Positions 60,039 to 64,000 of a DNA stretch of 64,000 nucleotides are shown piece by piece. Each line of letters opens with the position of its first letter. Position 1 is the stretch's first letter. The position numbers were made by a program, and so were the translations under genes. The stretch lies in NCBI GenBank assembly GCA_965224195.1, contig OZ245040.1, forward strand, positions 480,001 to 544,000, read 5' to 3'. Under the pieces are notes generated by a model. That model did not search any database, was not told the origin of the DNA, and was given only the letters and a program-made list of their open reading frames with translations. This stretch comes from Nitrosopumilus sp. (GTDB lineage Archaea > Thermoproteota > Nitrososphaeria > Nitrososphaerales > Nitrosopumilaceae).

Positions 60039-61253
60039 TTAATCAAAAAACGTAGATGGAATTATTGCAGCCACATATTCTTGTTTATAGCCTTTCATTC
60101 CATCTAAGACTTCGATTCGTTTTGTATGGTCTTCTTTGCCAAATGCTATTACATAATAAGGATAATACACTACATCTATTGAATTGATTTTGCAATCATC
60201 CCAGTATCTGCTAAATGCAGTTTCAATACTTGCAGGAGATATTTCTGGAGTTATTGTTTTCTCTTTTGAATCAAATGGAATCACTTGATGTTTTTCCATA
60301 ATACTTTGAAATGCAGAAGGATCTGAAGGATACTGCCATACTCTGTTATATGTTGCAGGTCTAGGATTAGTTTGTACCAACACTCCCTTACCCAGTAAAC
60401 TATTCACAATTTTCCCTATTTTACCAGCACTCCATCCTAATGCAGATAACATTCTTTTTTCAAATTCACCACTATCTGCAACATATCGTAGTAATTGTAT
60501 TTCCTCTTCGTCAAGTTCACTAAGATAAGACATTTGATAGTCTACACCGTCTGAATCCAGATCAACTAGTGCACCAGTTATTGCATCAACTCCTGCTCTA
60601 CTGGTAATAGTATGAATTGATTCTTCAGTTGACCTCCAACCTGTTTTTTCTTGCTTTCTAACTTTTGCAGATAATTCTACATCATAATATGGATAGAGGA
60701 ATTTTTTTACACCTACAACTTTTTCAAAAATCTTACCTTTACCCATAAATCCCCCTTTGGCTCTGTTATCAATTATTTCATTAGCATATTGTGTTACATG
60801 TTCAAGTGAAACAATTGGAGTAACCATATGCTTTGTAGTTTGTTTTGATTCCTCCATAACATCCCCTGTATCCATTAGTTGCATTTTACCAAGAAATGAT
60901 GCGATTTTCTCTCCGTCCCACAATTCAAGATTGTTGTATTGATTGGCAGTACTTAGTGCACCTGGAGTAAAATCACTTGTAGTGGCAAGTATTGCTCTGT
61001 CTGCAGATAAATCTTGTTGAATTTGAATTAGTTTCATTATGATATCTTTGTCAATATTGGTTTTGTAGGATTTTGCCTCAATTATTACAGTAGATGTATG
61101 AAGCGGTGCTTTGAATTCTGCAAGTACATCGATTTGATGAGTAGTTCCTGACTTTCCTTCCATCTTGATGTCATGAGTTACACGATATCCGTTTTTTTCA
61201 AATAATTCTGCAATTTTTAACTCAAAACCAGTACCTTTCTTTAAAGCAAACAT
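60039..61253 (-). CDS. Mrr-like restriction endonuclease domain protein
   Basis: G..FE..IAELF...GY, HQIDVLA, IIEAKSY, TTSDFT..A, LELWDG; winged-helix-like insert further on. Confidence 0.85.
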   Translation of the reverse strand: MFALKKGTGFELKIAELFEKNGYRVTHDIKMEGKSGTTHQIDVLAEFKAPLHTSTVIIEAKSYKTNIDKDIIMKLIQIQQDLSADRAILATTSDFTPGALSTANQYNNLELWDGEKIASFLGKMQLMDTGDVMEESKQTTKHMVTPIVSLEHVTQYANEIIDNRAKGGFMGKGKIFEKVVGVKKFLYPYYDVELSAKVRKQEKTGWRSTEESIHTITSRAGVDAITGALVDLDSDGVDYQMSYLSELDEEEIQLLRYVADSGEFEKRMLSALGWSAGKIGKIVNSLLGKGVLVQTNPRPATYNRVWQYPSDPSAFQSIMEKHQVIPFDSKEKTITPEISPASIETAFSRYWDDCKINSIDVVYYPYYVIAFGKEDHTKRIEVLDGMKGYKQEYVAAIIPSTFFD

Positions 61254-61432
61254 TCTACGATTATTTCTCTATTTTTGTGAACTTAAGCATATTGGAAAAC
61301 AAAATATGTTGCAAATAGATTCTAGAGGGGTTAACGAGTTTATTGGTAATCAGTAAAAATAGAATGCCCTCCTCTTAGGTTCAAAAAGTTGGTTAGTACC
61401 TAAATCATAACAGATGTTTGTTTGTTGGGAAA

Positions 61433-62444
61433 TTACTCTTTGAATGCAATATTTCCAAATTTTCTTTTGTAATCAATATACAAATCTTGAAGGGCATTTA
61501 GAATGTATATCAATTCCAATAGATCTGAAATAATAAATTCCATATGACGACGTAATGGAGAATGTTTTGTATTTTCATTTTGTAGAATTTCTGAACATGT
61601 ATCAAATTCTTTTGGTGTTAAATTGTAATGTAAGTTAACAATTTTAATCAAATTAAAATTTTCATTGGGTAAATTACGAATGTATTCCTCAAGTTTAATC
61701 AATATGTCGGTTTCTTCTTGAAATTTTTCCATGTGCGGAAATCTCTTTGCATGATCCAGTTCATTTACAAAATAATCATAACCGAGATCATTTAGTTTTC
61801 TGAAGTATTCAAATTTGATTTGAGAGAAATGATGAATTAATTCTTCTGTATCTTTTTTGAGGAATTTTTTAATGTAATTTATGTTATTTTTTTCCAAGAG
61901 GTATTTTTAGTTGAAAATAATTCATAACGTTTTGACATATCACTCATATTAAGACGCAGAAAAATTGAATCTAAAATATGGATAATTGCATCATGTATAG
62001 AATTTCAATAATGTGCGGATTTTTGAATAAGCACTACTTCATCTTTAATAAATTTCGCAGGAATTCCTTTTTTTATTAGTCTCTAACTTCAAGGCATTTC
62101 TTTTCAAATGTATTTTTTGTAAATTCAATTTTCTCAGTACCAAAAATCATAATTCCTTCTTCAGAGTCTTTTTCTAAAAAAGGAATTTTTTCAAGATCTA
62201 GTGCTTGTGCATAATCATATTCTTGATTTACTGATGCAGATGTTCGGGAATTGTTAGTTATCAAGGCCACAACATAATCTGATAAATCAATTTCTCTTGT
62301 GAGTTTATCGCTGATTTGAGTTCCTAATTCTTTCTTTTCTTCATAAACAAATGCTTCGTTGATCAAATCATTTTGTTCTAAAACATCTTTGAGTGTTTTA
62401 GCTAATTCATAATCTTCCGATGAATGACTGATGAATATTTTCAT
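61433..62444 (-). pseudogene. TIR-domain gene, apparently broken (ORFs 62076-62444 and 61433-61897)
   Basis: KIFISHS, I..SD..VALIT..S..S..VNQE; protein-like reading continues across the gap with a frameshift and a stop. Confidence 0.7.
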
Positions 62445-62738
62445 ACTCCAAAATTATGTTGTAACTGCTTTAACAGTTATTCAAAAATCAACATGATTCA
62501 TCGATCATTTCTGGTATTTAAATCAGGTATGCCTACCTCCTAAATTCCCCACGGGGGCCAAGTAGGAAATGGATTATATCATCTCAGAAAATTTTGAATT
62601 ATGGTACGTAAACACCACGTAGCTATAGGAACTGTACTTGCAATAGCAGGTATAGCATATGCTGTCATATCTGACATCATAACCTTATAGCGAAAATGTT
62701 ACGTCGTCCCCTAGACACAGCGGAGTTCTGATACGTAG

Positions 62739-62856
62739 GCAGACTTCGTATTGTTAATGTGTGCAGGGGAGACACCCTTTTCAAATTTAATCATATTGCA
62801 GACTTCGTATTGTTAATGTGTGCAGGGGAGACACCCTTTTCAAATTTAATCATATT
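62739..62856. repeat. Exact tandem duplication, 2 x 59 bp
   Basis: GCAGACTTCG...TAATCATATT at 62739 and 62798. Confidence 0.95.
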
Positions 62857-63024
62857 ACATACTTCGATGAAAGCGGAATTGAATTAATGATTTTACCATC
62901 AGGAATATTTTTCAATTCTTTAAACCATATTCTCTTATCATCTGCATTCAAATTTACTCGTCTCTCAATAGTTTGACTTATCAAAAATTCTACAATAACC
63001 AATCTAGCATAATGATTTTACAAA

Positions 63025-63378
63025 TTATTTTCTAGAATCAACACCACTGATAATTGAGTCCAATTTCTCAAAGGTGTCAGGATTTTCTTTTACATATCCA
63101 ACTACATATGAAACACCAAGTTTAGCTAAAAGCAAAACGGCCATACTTTTTCCATCATCAAAAAGTAGTTTTCGTCTAACCAATTTACAGGCTATTGATT
63201 CAAAGCTGTCTTTAACTCTATAATAGGAGGAAATTCTTTTCCAGTTTATCTTACTTCGAACTATTTGGATACTGGTGTAGCCGCTTGGCCCAATTATTCT
63301 CTCATTATATATTTGAAGTAAAATAGCAATTTCATACGGCTTTAAATCCAATCTACTGTATAATTGTACAGTAATCAT
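63025..63378 (-). CDS. Hypothetical protein, winged-helix-like
   Basis: L.PYEIAILL...LVRRKLL........L..LG; start uncertain. Confidence 0.5.
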   Translation of the reverse strand: MITVQLYSRLDLKPYEIAILLQIYNERIIGPSGYTSIQIVRSKINWKRISSYYRVKDSFESIACKLVRRKLLFDDGKSMAVLLLAKLGVSYVVGYVKENPDTFEKLDSIISGVDSRK

Positions 63379-63408
63379 TATATAAGTATACATGTAATTA
63401 AGAATGAA

Positions 63409-64000
63409 ATGAAGTCACGTACAAGCATCGTTGATGCATTGCATATAGTATTGCAAGTTTTGAAATCAGGAGAACCATTTACACTAAACAAACTAGCAAG
63501 AGAATCAGACCTAAACTTTAGAACTGTAAAAAAAATAATAGATGTTTTGCAGTCCAGTCACAATTCATTTTCTGGAAAACAACTTGAAGTATCAGATTTA
63601 GAGAGCACCACAATAATTCAACTAAAAGAGAAAACAGGATTGTTATTGTTTCCAGAAACTATACAGAATTTAATCATCAAGACAAACCACTATCCCGTGG
63701 CATCAAGGGATGAGGAAATTCTAGTATATTTGTTTTTGAAAAAAGCAACAGATATAGAAAATGCAGTGAGTCTTCCAGAAGGTAAGATGATTGAAGAATT
63801 AGTAGATGCAAAATATGTTGATAAAGTAGGAAACAGGTTCTATCTTACAGGAGATGGCAGATACATTGCAAAAGGTGCACTAGGATTATACCCAGAGTTG
63901 CAAAGCGTATCAGAAGAAATGCCAAAAGAAAATCATGTAGAATTAACACATCTCCCCATGATTACATTTGCCACTCCTCCAAATACAATTATGATTAAAA
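63409..64000 (+). CDS. Winged-helix protein (runs off window)
   Basis: Open frame MKSRTS...FTLNKLARESDLNFRTVKKII...ELVDAKYVDKVGNRFYLTGDG; not in ORF track. Confidence 0.7.
   Translation, partial: MKSRTSIVDALHIVLQVLKSGEPFTLNKLARESDLNFRTVKKIIDVLQSSHNSFSGKQLEVSDLESTTIIQLKEKTGLLLFPETIQNLIIKTNHYPVASRDEEILVYLFLKKATDIENAVSLPEGKMIEELVDAKYVDKVGNRFYLTGDGRYIAKGALGLYPELQSVSEEMPKENHVELTHLPMITFATPPNTIMIK

Noticed and set aside
62540-62562. AAATTCCCCACGGGGGCCA as a tRNA 3'-end att remnant
   Set aside because: Too short and matches none of the tRNAs in this window; cannot be supported without the rest of the genome

Overview
AT-rich chromosomal segment of an ammonia-oxidising archaeon (Nitrosopumilus-like Nitrososphaerota), identified by the amoB/amoC/amoX/amoA cluster. 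Core genes (rps3ae, serS, pcc1, rps15, coaD, trpS, pheST, aconitase, pdxST) and five ordinary tRNAs alternate with three accessory regions. These are a small decayed island (~14.1-17.1 kb), a Type I restriction-modification island (~27.5-38.5 kb) and a large pseudogene-rich island (~45.1-64 kb) with IS relics, toxin-antitoxin genes, a 1717-aa repeat surface protein, an Mrr-like nuclease and a TIR gene. The main finding is an apparent archaeal hsdS shufflon. Two oppositely oriented hsdS genes flank a tyrosine recombinase and carry four 28-bp sites (11-6-11 geometry) in two nested inverted pairs with different spacers. This predicts four switchable specificities that share one C-terminal tail. 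Beside the island is a tRNA-like gene with a Phe (GAA) anticodon on a Ser/Leu-type long-variable-arm body. Also seen: a C/D box RNA, a probable H/ACA RNA, candidate amoY/amoZ, a G11 tract at the start of the giant surface gene, and several small ORFs missing from the ORF track. All calls come from reading the sequence by eye; no database search was run.
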